A stretch of 64,000 bases of DNA from an uncultured Candidatus Saccharibacteria bacterium (lineage in GTDB: Bacteria; Patescibacteriota; Minisyncoccia; Phycocordibacterales; UBA5272), in NCBI GenBank assembly GCA_964544935.1, contig CAZJDZ010000004.1, positions 15,802-79,801 of the forward strand. The letters run 5' to 3'. Below are positions 18,253 to 28,081 of this stretch, piece after piece. How positions within the stretch are numbered: position 1 is the first letter of the stretch; each line of letters starts with the position of its first letter. Made by a program: the position numbers and the translations under genes. Below the pieces are notes generated by a model. The model saw only the letters and a list, made by a program, of their open reading frames with translations, was not told the DNA's origin and ran no database searches.

Positions 18253-21105
18253 TTAAGCTTGTGCAGTAGCGGTGGATTCTGGTTGGATAGATGTCTCTGT
18301 TTGAGAGGAGTTAGCAGCTGGAGGAACTGGAGGAGTAACAACTTTGGAAGAAGATTGTACTGGGATAGATGAAGGACGCACTTCTGGTGGATGAGGTTGA
18401 CTGATAGAAGCATTCGCTGCCCCTCCGGCATCAGCACGTTGTTGTACAAGTTTTTGTTGCATTTGACGCTTTTGTGCTACGCGTTGTGCAAAGCTACTTG
18501 TGTTGATAGAAAATTCAGCAGCATTTTCTATTGATCGATTTTGTTTATCTTTTGCCTCTGCAAGAATTTTGGTATCAGAATCTACCAAAGTAGAATCTTT
18601 TTGATCGACCACTTTTTGAGCTCTATCAACCTCAGCAGCTCTACCCTCTTCAACTTTCCTTATACGTTCCTCACGAAGTGCTGCACCAGCAAGAGGTCCG
18701 CCTAAGGTTTTGGTTGCTTCTTGGGAAGAAGCTGAGGCAGACCCCCCAGATCTTTTTGCAATAATTGCCTCTTTAACATCTGCACTCTGTCGAGCGAAAT
18801 AGTCTTTCTTTTTTTCTTCACTCATATCCTTGAGTTCATTTTCAACACGAAGAACCTCTTTGTTTAGATTCTCCTGAATTCCTTTCTCCTCTTTTTCTAT
18901 ATCATGCATCACTCGAGAAAGTGCCATACCTCTGTTACTTTCAAGTTTTGGATCGCTCCTCTTAAGCTCATCCATCTCTTTTTTGACTTGTTCAGTGAAC
19001 ATTTTTTTACCATCCTTACCCTCTTTTTTATAGTTGGCAAGTAATTGACCTCCAGTCTCGTCAACATAAGTATCGCCTAGTTTGTTTCTTTGGTCTTTTG
19101 TTAAGAAAAGAGCACCCCCGTTGTTTGAAAGATATTCTTCTCGTCTCTTTACAGCTTCTTCGTCCTCTTCTCCTTTTCTATGCCACTTACCGTCTGAGCC
19201 TATTCCATCTCGTTCGTACTTTGTTTTTATTCTGTCGGCACGAGCCATAACACTTTTAACACGCTTCTCATCTCGAGCATTTTTAATTTCTTCATGACCG
19301 AGTTTTGAACCCATCCCCATCCCCATCCCAAGTTTCTTTGCGGCTCCTGCAACATACGTGCTGTTACGTAGATCAAAGGTACTATTAGCAACAGAGTTAG
19401 AAAGGTCATACGCACGACGTCCAAGGAATGAGTTTTCGTTCTTTTTTACCCACTCACTCTCTCTTGCTTTAAGAGCAAGTCCACCTAAACCTTTTCGCGC
19501 AAGAAGACCTGCTCCACCCGCAGCAACTCCAAGTCCAAATCCTCCAACCTTACCTATTCCTTCAGTTGCCCAAGTTCCTACTGTTCCCGAGACACTAACG
19601 GTTACCTTGATCATGATATGCAGCATGATGAGCATCATGATGATGTTGAAGAATACAGGGATAGTTGTAGAAACAGGACCAGAAAGACTTCCTAAACCAG
19701 AAGAAGTAAGTGCTCCTGTTGTATGGAATACTTCCAAAAATTTAAGCGTAAGAGCAAGCATAATCATAAACACAGGACCAACCGCAAGTTGTTCAAAAAG
19801 AATCTTTCGAAGAAACTTTGCTCTCTCTCCAAGTACTGGAATAACCGCATCAACAAGTAAAAGTGGGGATGCAATAGTAAGAAACACAAGCGATACTGTG
19901 CGCCCTATCATGATAATGGTAACTCGTATAAAAATAAACGCAGCATATGCAACAAAAGCAACTGCTGCAAGAGCTGCAGGGACGCTGCTAAGCTCACCAA
20001 GCATGTTGCCAGTAGTGTTCGTAGTTGCACTAAACACTAAACCACTTAACCCAAGTGCACTCACAATAAGTGCCCCTGCTGTGTTCTCTGATGTTCCAGA
20101 AAGTGCACTACTTCCTACTGCTGAAGCATAAATATTAAGTGAAATAATATTTGAAATATCAATCGCTGTACGGATAAGTGGATATGAAAAGTTAACAAAA
20201 AGTCCAAACATAACCACCCACGGGATATATCGTTCAAATGTCTCCTCCTTTCCTAAGATATACATGAATCCTAAGTAGAGTCCTATGAAGACAATAGCAA
20301 GTGAGATGATTTGTCGAATAATAATCCAAATAGGATAGAGTGTGTCCGGTGCCCAATCGGAGAAATGAAGAATCCCTACTTGAATTGAAGTGTTAAAAAT
20401 ATTTGCAGAAGCCCAGAGTAAGAAACCAGCAAACTCAAGAAGTGTATTCTTAATAATCCAAGTTATTCCTTCATTGATACAGGCCACAAGACTCCATCTC
20501 CAAAGAGTACAAGTTCCTGTATCTTGTGCGCTAACAATTTTATCAGTTTGTGTCTGTGCGTTAGCTATCGCATCAGGATTTGAGTTAAGGTTTCCAGAAG
20601 AACCGCCGCTATTAATTGTTTTTGCTATTTCTAATTCTGTTCGTAACTGAGCTTGAAAAGCATTGTAGATGGACATTGCTTGAATTTTATTCATGTCACC
20701 ACTTAACGGCGGAATACTGCTTCCTAAGCTTTTTTGTGTTTCTGTAAGAGCTTTTATCTGTGCTTCAGGCGGGGAGAGTTTTGTATCATAAGAATTAAGG
20801 TATACGGTTTTAGCGGTACTTACTGCTGTTAGTAATTTAGGTGCTAATGTTTTATATATTTCATATCGAGCTTTACCCTCATCTGTTTGAAGTTTAGAAG
20901 CAGCATCTAAGCCTTGGTTTATTGCTACGGTATAGTTATCAAAAATTTTTGCGACATTACCTTTTGCAGTGTCATGAGTGTAGTTAGTCGAGTTGTAAGA
21001 AATTATGTTTGCTGATTGAGCATGAGTTTTTTGAGGCGTTGAAAAACCACCAAAAAGGCTTACAGAAAGGAGAATAAGAGAGATGACTACACCAAGTCTT
21101 TTCAT
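18253..21105 (-). CDS. VirB6/TrbL-like polytopic membrane protein with long charged coiled-coil C-terminal extension
   Basis: signal peptide, at least 6 central TM helices, K/E/R-rich tail with GMGMGMG and Pro-rich end; 950 aa. Confidence 0.5.
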   Translation of the reverse strand: MKRLGVVISLILLSVSLFGGFSTPQKTHAQSANIISYNSTNYTHDTAKGNVAKIFDNYTVAINQGLDAASKLQTDEGKARYEIYKTLAPKLLTAVSTAKTVYLNSYDTKLSPPEAQIKALTETQKSLGSSIPPLSGDMNKIQAMSIYNAFQAQLRTELEIAKTINSGGSSGNLNSNPDAIANAQTQTDKIVSAQDTGTCTLWRWSLVACINEGITWIIKNTLLEFAGFLLWASANIFNTSIQVGILHFSDWAPDTLYPIWIIIRQIISLAIVFIGLYLGFMYILGKEETFERYIPWVVMFGLFVNFSYPLIRTAIDISNIISLNIYASAVGSSALSGTSENTAGALIVSALGLSGLVFSATTNTTGNMLGELSSVPAALAAVAFVAYAAFIFIRVTIIMIGRTVSLVFLTIASPLLLVDAVIPVLGERAKFLRKILFEQLAVGPVFMIMLALTLKFLEVFHTTGALTSSGLGSLSGPVSTTIPVFFNIIMMLIMLHIMIKVTVSVSGTVGTWATEGIGKVGGFGLGVAAGGAGLLARKGLGGLALKARESEWVKKNENSFLGRRAYDLSNSVANSTFDLRNSTYVAGAAKKLGMGMGMGSKLGHEEIKNARDEKRVKSVMARADRIKTKYERDGIGSDGKWHRKGEEDEEAVKRREEYLSNNGGALFLTKDQRNKLGDTYVDETGGQLLANYKKEGKDGKKMFTEQVKKEMDELKRSDPKLESNRGMALSRVMHDIEKEEKGIQENLNKEVLRVENELKDMSEEKKKDYFARQSADVKEAIIAKRSGGSASASSQEATKTLGGPLAGAALREERIRKVEEGRAAEVDRAQKVVDQKDSTLVDSDTKILAEAKDKQNRSIENAAEFSINTSSFAQRVAQKRQMQQKLVQQRADAGGAANASISQPHPPEVRPSSIPVQSSSKVVTPPVPPAANSSQTETSIQPESTATAQA

Positions 21106-21177
21106 AGCACTAGTGTATCATATAACCTTTATAGAAATGGATTGTTGGTAAACGTAAACAATTTTCTGTAAAGTAAA

Positions 21178-22911
21178 TTATTTCTCTGCATCCTTGCGTG
21201 TATCTATACAGTTTTGATTGAATGTATTAAGGTTTCCTACGTCTACAGATTCTTGTAATGTGGCTTTGTGTATAAGGTACGCACCTTGTTCTACCGCAGA
21301 GGCACTTATACCTTCAGGTAAGCCTTGATTTTTTACTGTAGATTGAAAGTTGTTAAAAATTGAAAGAATTTCTTCTGTTGATTGAGATATATTAATTTTT
21401 GAAATAGTTTCATCAATAAGTGTGATTTCAGTTTGAGCGCGCACTTGATCAGCTAGTAGTTTTCCTCGTGTTGAACTAGATCCATTATATTCTCTTGCAT
21501 AATAGGTGTTATAAAAATTTCTTGCTGCTACAACAGGTCCATTAACTATTATATTATCAGGATAATCTAAAGAGAGTCTTTCAAAACACTGAAGCATGGT
21601 ATCCATCGCAGCTTTTTCATTTTCTATAGATGTAAGATGGTTAGCTTGCCAGCCGAGCAGTCCCCCAAGAGCAGTTTTTTGTCCTGACAAGAAATCAAGA
21701 GGGGTTTTTGTAAGATTAGTTTTTCCGGATGAATCATTTAAAAGGTCGTTAGTATATCCTCCTGTCCCTCCCCCTGTACCAGTTCCTCCCCCACTTCCGA
21801 CACCAAGCTGGCTGCCAATTTGTTGTGTTAAGGAAAGTGTATTCATTGCCACGCCAACAACAGACATGATTCCAGAAGCACTATTACCAATTGTTGCAAG
21901 TTGAGGTTTAATTGTATCAAATGAATTCTTGAAGCTTTCGTTAATAGAGTTTGCTGTCTGTGTTATTTTTTCTTGTACACATGGAGCAGTAAGATCCCCT
22001 GTCTCATATTTTGTGCCATCTATTTTTGTTGCAACTCGTTTTGTACAAGTGGTTACACTGCGAAGCCCTCCCCCTGATTTCAGATCTTCTACAGCTGCTT
22101 GCGCTATCTGGTTTTTTCTCGCCTCAACTTCTTGCTCTATACGCTGAGATCTACAGAACTCATTGTCGCAAGACGTCATAGCAAGAAAACTATCAAGCGA
22201 CGGATTTTGTTTATTGATAGCTGTGAGCGCTGCTCGTGTATTGGGGTCACTGAGATCGCCACAAAGGGCGTCGCTCAGCTCTTTTTTACGGGTTGTATAT
22301 GCGGCACGATACTCTTCTTGTGTGTAGCTGCCACTAGAGTTACTAATGTCTTTTTCTGCTTGAGATGAAAGAGCGGCATCAGTACATCTCCTCTTCTGTT
22401 CCATCGCAGGAATATTTGATTGATTGATGGACGCAATTCTATCATCTAGAGTTCTGTTTTGATATCGTGTTCTTTGGATAAGATTAGCCATAACACTGTC
22501 ACTGTAAGGGCCATTTTGTTCTGTGAGGCTCCCTATTGCTTGTTGAGTAACTCCATTTGATTTGTTACGTAGATATTCCTCAGGGTCTGCCACAAGAAGC
22601 GCATTTTCTTGGCCCATGGTTCCTCGTACCAAATTCTGTATTCCATTGTTAGAGGATATAATTGCTCGTAAAGTAAGAACACTGTTCATAGGAGTAAGAA
22701 CGTCTCTATTAACCTGTGATAGTACATCTAGTGTTGCGCTTGTCATAACACCACTACCAATAACTCCTTGTGTAGCGTAGTCTTTAACCATTTGAACAAG
22801 TGCAGCCGGATCAAAAACAATATCTCCAGCTCCAAAAAGTGTATGAGCTTTGTGTGTCGAAGAAGACGTTATTGCAAGAAGAAGAATTGATGTAAAAAAT
22901 ATTTTTTTCAT
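21178..22911 (-). CDS. hypothetical secreted Cys-containing protein with Gly-rich linker (possible surface or pilus-tip component)
   Basis: signal peptide MKKIFFTSILLLAITSSSTHKA; GVGSGGGTGTGGGTGG segment; 577 aa. Confidence 0.4.
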   Translation of the reverse strand: MKKIFFTSILLLAITSSSTHKAHTLFGAGDIVFDPAALVQMVKDYATQGVIGSGVMTSATLDVLSQVNRDVLTPMNSVLTLRAIISSNNGIQNLVRGTMGQENALLVADPEEYLRNKSNGVTQQAIGSLTEQNGPYSDSVMANLIQRTRYQNRTLDDRIASINQSNIPAMEQKRRCTDAALSSQAEKDISNSSGSYTQEEYRAAYTTRKKELSDALCGDLSDPNTRAALTAINKQNPSLDSFLAMTSCDNEFCRSQRIEQEVEARKNQIAQAAVEDLKSGGGLRSVTTCTKRVATKIDGTKYETGDLTAPCVQEKITQTANSINESFKNSFDTIKPQLATIGNSASGIMSVVGVAMNTLSLTQQIGSQLGVGSGGGTGTGGGTGGYTNDLLNDSSGKTNLTKTPLDFLSGQKTALGGLLGWQANHLTSIENEKAAMDTMLQCFERLSLDYPDNIIVNGPVVAARNFYNTYYAREYNGSSSTRGKLLADQVRAQTEITLIDETISKINISQSTEEILSIFNNFQSTVKNQGLPEGISASAVEQGAYLIHKATLQESVDVGNLNTFNQNCIDTRKDAEK

Positions 22912-22924
22912 ACGTGAGTCATGA

Positions 22925-23866
22925 TTATTCTAAAGTATACCCTATTGTAAACACATACCCAGATTCATTCGCATTAAATACAATATTTTTGAGAGTAAAG
23001 TACTCGCTAAGTTTTTTGTAAATAAGAAGTGTTCCAACAAGTGTGTCTGGGTACTTATCAAGCGCAATCTTTGCTCGAATAGGATCAGAGACCCCTTTTG
23101 ATAAATCAAGGAGCACATCTCTGTAAAGAGTTATCTGATTAAGCATTGTAATATGATAAAGCGATGCAGATGGAGGAACAGAAAGTGCGAGAAGTTTTTT
23201 TAGTATTGCATCTATACGAGCAGACTCTGTTTTGAGGCGGATTATATCAGACACCCCTTCTTGGTCCTGTGACGACGCAAATGCTGCAAGAGCCTCAGCA
23301 TCTTTTGTAATAGTCCCTTCAGTAATTATTCCTTGTATAATAGTGGCAACAGTATTCCCGTATGCTTTGATTGTGTCCCTGCTCTCACTAGACGCTACAC
23401 GAATTTCACTATAAAGGTATTTTTTTGAAGTAACTTTTTGTGCTTCTTGAGTGATGAGTTCTTCAATGATCTTCTGTTGCTCCTCTGCACTCACTCCCCC
23501 TGCGTTAATAATCTGATTTGAAGCAAGATAAATGTTTTTTGAAAATGAAGAAGTGAGATTGTTTGGGTCATTAAGTGCCGCAAGCGTTTCTGCACTTGGT
23601 GGGTTATTCTTTGCTTCAGCAATAATAGCATCTCCATATTTGGTGCTTCTGGTAAGTTCCTCCCACGTTACTTTTCCGTCATCGTCGTTATCGTACGTAT
23701 CAACATCCGAAGCTCTAAGTTGAGTGAAATCAATCGGAGTGTATCCATTTTTTCTTGTCTCTACTCCAAACCAACTTGCAGGAACAAATGCGCTCATAAT
23801 AAAAACTGCAATAAGCAGTGCAAAAAACATGTATGACCTAGATATGTCTTTTCGATCAGGACTCAT
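22925..23866 (-). CDS. hypothetical N-terminally anchored protein with EF-hand-like calcium-binding loop
   Basis: TM helix FFALLIAVFIMSAFV; DNDDDGKVTWEE matches the 12-residue EF-hand loop D-x-D-x-D-G-x-V-x-x-x-E. Confidence 0.4.
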   Translation of the reverse strand: MSPDRKDISRSYMFFALLIAVFIMSAFVPASWFGVETRKNGYTPIDFTQLRASDVDTYDNDDDGKVTWEELTRSTKYGDAIIAEAKNNPPSAETLAALNDPNNLTSSFSKNIYLASNQIINAGGVSAEEQQKIIEELITQEAQKVTSKKYLYSEIRVASSESRDTIKAYGNTVATIIQGIITEGTITKDAEALAAFASSQDQEGVSDIIRLKTESARIDAILKKLLALSVPPSASLYHITMLNQITLYRDVLLDLSKGVSDPIRAKIALDKYPDTLVGTLLIYKKLSEYFTLKNIVFNANESGYVFTIGYTLE

Positions 23867-23958
23867 GCCACCAGTATACTTCTATAACTATGTATCATCG
23901 TATATCTGTCCACATGTAGTGTGTATGGGTATACATACACAAGCAAGGTTTTGGCAGG

Positions 23959-24762
23959 TTATTTGCTAAGTAATGAAGCAAGTAAGAGCCAAGAAGAAAG
24001 AGGCACGTCTTCAGCGCGTACTTTTTCTGAAAGGTCTATTTCTTTAAAAAGTGAAATAACATCATTGTCTACAAAAACAGATTTGATATTTGAAAGTGCA
24101 AACTTTCTTTTGTGAGCAAACGCTGCATGAATGAGTTTAAAAAAAATAGCCTCATGGTACTGGTTTTTAAAATTATTCTTAGAAATATTTTTGATTTGTA
24201 GCACAGCAGAGTCGACAGTTGGAATTGGGTTGAAGCTCCCCTTGTTTACTTTGTAGACAAGTTTTGGCTCGCCGTAGACTTTGACTGAAAGTGAAAGAAG
24301 TGATTCTTTGCCGTCTCGTGCGCAGACACGTTCAGCAACTTCTTTTTGCACAAGAACTACCATTGTACTTGGTTGGTATGTATGAGAGAGAAATTTAGAA
24401 AGAATAGCTCCAGTGATGTAATAGGGAATGTTAGCTATTAGCTTGTAGCTATTAGCTTGTAGCTTGTAGTTTTGAGGCTCAAATTCTAAGACGTCACCCT
24501 CGATGAGAGTAAGTTGATGAGAAGCGATTTCTGATGAGAAGTTTTCGGTAAGTAATGGGAGTAAATCTCTGTCTTTTTCAAGAGCAACAATAGATGCTCC
24601 AGATTCTAAAAGAGCCTTAGTAAGAAAGCCTTTTCCAGGACCAATTTCTAGAATTGTATCAGTAGGAGTTATTTCACCAGCGGAAACAATCTGCATACGA
24701 GCAGGAATAGAAGTGAGGAAGTTCTGTCCGAGAGATTTTTTTGGAGCGTGGTATGACGACAT
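23959..24762 (-). CDS. rsmA: 16S rRNA (adenine1518/1519-N6)-dimethyltransferase
   Basis: LGQNFL, ILEIGPGKGFLT SAM motif, LIANIPYYITG (NLPY motif); ORF track extends to 24783. Confidence 0.85.
   Translation of the reverse strand: MSSYHAPKKSLGQNFLTSIPARMQIVSAGEITPTDTILEIGPGKGFLTKALLESGASIVALEKDRDLLPLLTENFSSEIASHQLTLIEGDVLEFEPQNYKLQANSYKLIANIPYYITGAILSKFLSHTYQPSTMVVLVQKEVAERVCARDGKESLLSLSVKVYGEPKLVYKVNKGSFNPIPTVDSAVLQIKNISKNNFKNQYHEAIFFKLIHAAFAHKRKFALSNIKSVFVDNDVISLFKEIDLSEKVRAEDVPLSSWLLLASLLSK
24433..24468 (-). repeat. AGCT-heptad repeat inside ksgA/rsmA (AGCTACA/AGCTAAT units)
   Basis: minus strand reads AGCTACAAGCTAATAGCTACAAGCTAATAGC; encodes YKLQANSYKLIAN (near-duplicate in frame). Confidence 0.6.
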
Positions 24763-24818
24763 GGTATGAAGAGACTCTAGCATTTTTTCTCGGAAGATTC
24801 TATCTGGTGTAGAGAAAA

Positions 24819-24845
24819 GAAGGCGCGGCCGTAGGCCGCGCCTTC
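24819..24845 (-). terminator. intrinsic terminator (GAAGGCGCGGCC-GTAG-GCCGCGCCTTC)
   Basis: follows the pcrA/uvrD-like gene on the minus strand. Confidence 0.5.
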
Positions 24846-24926
24846 TGTAGCACCCTTTCCATTATTTGTGTGATGTATTTGTCTGACATCTGTCAGCGAA
24901 GCGGTCTATGTTCTCTTGTCTATATT

Positions 24927-26873
24927 CTAAATATACACTATAGCCCCACCATTTTGTTTGTAGTAGAGGTCATGATGAAGAGCTATGTTATCATCTAGAT
25001 CTTCCAAGAATTCACTCGGAGCATTGATCTGTTTTTGTCCGAAAATTGTTCGAAGTTCAGCATACGAAAGATAGAGTTGTTTACGAGCGCGAGTAACTGC
25101 TACATAAAAGAGTCTACGCTCCTCCTCCTCCTCCTCCTTGCTTCGTTTACGATTACCAATATTTTTATGAGGGAAAAGATCTTGTTCAAGTCCTACAATA
25201 AATACATGATTAAATTCCAATCCTTTACTTGCATGTACGGTCATCAAACGTACACCATTTTTTTCTGCAGTGTCATTGTCTTGGTCTGACTGAAGAGAAG
25301 TTTCTTCAAGAAATTGTGTGAGAGCTTCCATGCCTGCTACCCCGTCATAACGTACAGTAAGTGACACAAGTTCTCGTGCGTTCTCAAGGCGTTCTGCATC
25401 TTCGCTTGCCCCTTCTAACATTTCCTTTTCCATACCTCCATCAACGATGATCATCGAAATAACATGAGAGAGAGGTTCAGTTTCAAGTGTGGTCATAATC
25501 TTGTCCAAAAATTCGTACACCTGTCCAATTTTTATAGCTGCTGCTTTTGGTATTTCTTCGCCTGCAAAAATTTTTGCAACCGTCACCTTTCCTATCCCTC
25601 TTTTTGGTGTATCAAATACTCGACGAAGATCTGCTTGAGAAGATCTGTTAAGTGCTGCACGCAAGTAACTCATGACATCTTTAATTTCTTTTCGTTCAAA
25701 GAATTTTGTACCGAGCAAGTTGTAGGCGATGTTTTCTTTAAGAAATCCTTCTTCAAGAACTCGCGACTGAAAATTGGCACGGTATAGTACAGCAATGTTT
25801 TGAGGGTTCTCCCCTCCCTCAATTAGTTCTTTACACTTTCTAGCAACTTGTTCAGCTTCTGACCCCTCGTCCCAACATGGTTGCACCTCTATTTTTTCGC
25901 CACTACCTTGTGAAGTAAAAAGATTCTTTTCAGTACGAACAGTATTTTTCTTAATTGCTGTATTTGCAAGCAAGAGAATGTTTCCTGTTGAGCGATAGTT
26001 TTCTTCAAGAAGTACAGTGTGAGCACCAGCAAAATCCTTTTCGAAGTTAAGAATATTTCTTATGTTTGCGCCACGCCAACTGTAGATGTTTTGGTCAGTG
26101 TCACCAACAACACAAATATTGTTTGTCTCTGGATTAACAAGAAGTTTAATGAATGCATATTGAGCTCCGTTAGTATCTTGGTACTCATCAATGTGAATAT
26201 ATTTGAAACGATTCTGGTAATACCCTCTGATGTCTACGTGGTCTTCAAGCATATAGACTGCACGAACGATTAGGTCATCAAAATCAACTGCCTTTTGACG
26301 CTTCAGCTCCTCTTCATAGATTCTCCATACTGTTGCAACAATATCCATTTGAGCTGTTGCTACTTTCGCTTGGTATTCTTTTTGATTAACAAAGTCACCT
26401 TTTTCACGACTAATGATTGAGCGAATTTTTGAAGGGTCGTTAATCTTCGGATCAAGGCCTAATTGTTCTACTGCACGTTTGATAATTGAGAGTGAATCTG
26501 AAGAGTCTAAAATAGTCGGGTGGCGAAGTAGGTTGAGTCTGTCTGCTTGCTCAGAAAGCATCATAAGACCGAGTGAATGAAACGTCTTAATAACAGGTGT
26601 GTGGTGGTATGGATTTTCTTTTTCAATAATATGCTCCTCCTCTAGACGAGAAACAATTCTTTCACGCATCTCCTTGGCAGCTTTATTGGTAAAAGTCACC
26701 GCAAGAATATTACGAGGGTCCGTACCTTTTTTTACTATGGTTACAATTCGCTCAGTAAGTGTTTTTGTTTTCCCAGCCCCTGCTCCCGCAACGATCAAGA
26801 GAGGTCCTTCCGTACGAATAGATGCTTCATACTGTGCTGGGTTGAGTTCGATTCTGTTGGAGGAAGTCATCAT
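24927..26873 (-). CDS. UvrD/PcrA-family ATP-dependent DNA helicase
   Basis: AGAGAGKTKTL Walker A, superfamily 1 helicase motifs; 648 aa. Confidence 0.85.
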   Translation of the reverse strand: MMTSSNRIELNPAQYEASIRTEGPLLIVAGAGAGKTKTLTERIVTIVKKGTDPRNILAVTFTNKAAKEMRERIVSRLEEEHIIEKENPYHHTPVIKTFHSLGLMMLSEQADRLNLLRHPTILDSSDSLSIIKRAVEQLGLDPKINDPSKIRSIISREKGDFVNQKEYQAKVATAQMDIVATVWRIYEEELKRQKAVDFDDLIVRAVYMLEDHVDIRGYYQNRFKYIHIDEYQDTNGAQYAFIKLLVNPETNNICVVGDTDQNIYSWRGANIRNILNFEKDFAGAHTVLLEENYRSTGNILLLANTAIKKNTVRTEKNLFTSQGSGEKIEVQPCWDEGSEAEQVARKCKELIEGGENPQNIAVLYRANFQSRVLEEGFLKENIAYNLLGTKFFERKEIKDVMSYLRAALNRSSQADLRRVFDTPKRGIGKVTVAKIFAGEEIPKAAAIKIGQVYEFLDKIMTTLETEPLSHVISMIIVDGGMEKEMLEGASEDAERLENARELVSLTVRYDGVAGMEALTQFLEETSLQSDQDNDTAEKNGVRLMTVHASKGLEFNHVFIVGLEQDLFPHKNIGNRKRSKEEEEEERRLFYVAVTRARKQLYLSYAELRTIFGQKQINAPSEFLEDLDDNIALHHDLYYKQNGGAIVYI

Positions 26874-26951
26874 AGGTCTCTAGTGTAACAGAAGACTGGG
26901 TAAAGAAAATAGTGATCTAAAATAGATATGCTTGTAGCAGTATTAAGATAC

Positions 26952-27740
26952 TTAATTTTTGTTTTTAAAAAAATGAACAATAGGCTCTATATTAATGATA
27001 AAAGGGTTATTGGTTTTTGAAAAATGAGCAACACCAAAGTTTTCACTTTCATATTTTTTTGGTATATATGTCCCAAAAATCTTGTCCCAGAATGAGAATA
27101 AAAAACCATAATTCTTGTTACCGTATTTTTCTGTATGATGTAACGCATGAAGGTTAGGTGTAATAAAAATATGCGAAAATATGCGAGGGATGCTGTTACG
27201 AAATAAAAAAGAATGAGTAATAATCTGGTGAAAGAAAATTGTTTGAGCAATTGGAGATAGTAACTGAGGGTTAGCTCCTAGAAAGCTAAAAAAAGCAAAA
27301 GAAGTTATCGTAAAAAATGCAGAAACAATAGGAACACGTATTGTTGTGGAGGCATCAAGATTATTGTCAGAGTGGTGTACTGAATGGAACATCCAAAAGA
27401 AACGAGACGTGTGATAAAGCACATGAGTTGCGTAGCTTATACCGTCAAATATGATGAGCCATAAGAAAAAGTATATCCACGAAACAGGTGTGTAGATAAG
27501 CGAGTAGTGAGACACAAAAGCAAGCACAGAGTCTCGCGTAAGCACATAGTGACTAAAAAAAGAGAAGAGAACAAGACCGATAAACAAAACTCCAAAATTA
27601 GCGAGTGTATGTGAAAATGAGAAATTTTTTTTATTAAATTTCAAAAAAATATATTCACAAAAAATAACTAAAAAGAGAAATAGATAAGGTGCTGGCCCTT
27701 GTACAAAGTGTATATATTCTTCGATACTCATTGCTACCAT
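26952..27740 (-). CDS. fatty acid hydroxylase/sterol desaturase-family membrane di-iron enzyme
   Basis: His boxes HVLYH, HSVHH, HALHH; multi-TM; 262 aa. Confidence 0.65.
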   Translation of the reverse strand: MVAMSIEEYIHFVQGPAPYLFLFLVIFCEYIFLKFNKKNFSFSHTLANFGVLFIGLVLFSFFSHYVLTRDSVLAFVSHYSLIYTPVSWIYFFLWLIIFDGISYATHVLYHTSRFFWMFHSVHHSDNNLDASTTIRVPIVSAFFTITSFAFFSFLGANPQLLSPIAQTIFFHQIITHSFLFRNSIPRIFSHIFITPNLHALHHTEKYGNKNYGFLFSFWDKIFGTYIPKKYESENFGVAHFSKTNNPFIINIEPIVHFFKNKN

Positions 27741-27768
27741 TGTACTACAAGCGGTATACGAGTCAGAT

Positions 27769-28065
27769 CTACACAGATGGTTCTTTGTTGAATGACAGAA
27801 CTACCTTTTTTCGTGCTTCTTGGAAGAGTTCTTCGTAGTTAGGAACAAGATGTTTCAGTGTTGTTGCATAAAATTCTTCCCCCATGTTTGCAGATGCTTG
27901 TAATGCATCAAATTGCTTAGCTCCAATAGCATCATACACATCAAGAAGAAATTGTTTTTGAATTGTTTTTGAAATTTCAAAAAGCATCTCCTCCTTGTCT
28001 TCTTCTGGAAGATCTTTGAGATTAAAATCTGAAATGAGTTGATTATATAGTTCTTGGAAGTTCAT
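27769..28065 (-). CDS. hypothetical 98-aa protein, paralog of 52229-52525
   Basis: shares an LP-ED-KE...EE...KH-P...E-VL-F pattern with the other 98-aa protein; both sit directly downstream of a large membrane or coiled-coil protein. Confidence 0.4.
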   Translation of the reverse strand: MNFQELYNQLISDFNLKDLPEEDKEEMLFEISKTIQKQFLLDVYDAIGAKQFDALQASANMGEEFYATTLKHLVPNYEELFQEARKKVVLSFNKEPSV

Positions 28066-28081
28066 GGATAATGATTATTTA

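Noticed and set aside
19358-20131. 257-aa Pro/Ala-rich plus-strand ORF
   Set aside because: Lies entirely antisense to the VirB6-like gene, has low-complexity composition and no RBS. Antisense ORFs at 10732-11061, 13099-13293, 21596-21904 and 28386-28826 are rejected for the same reason.
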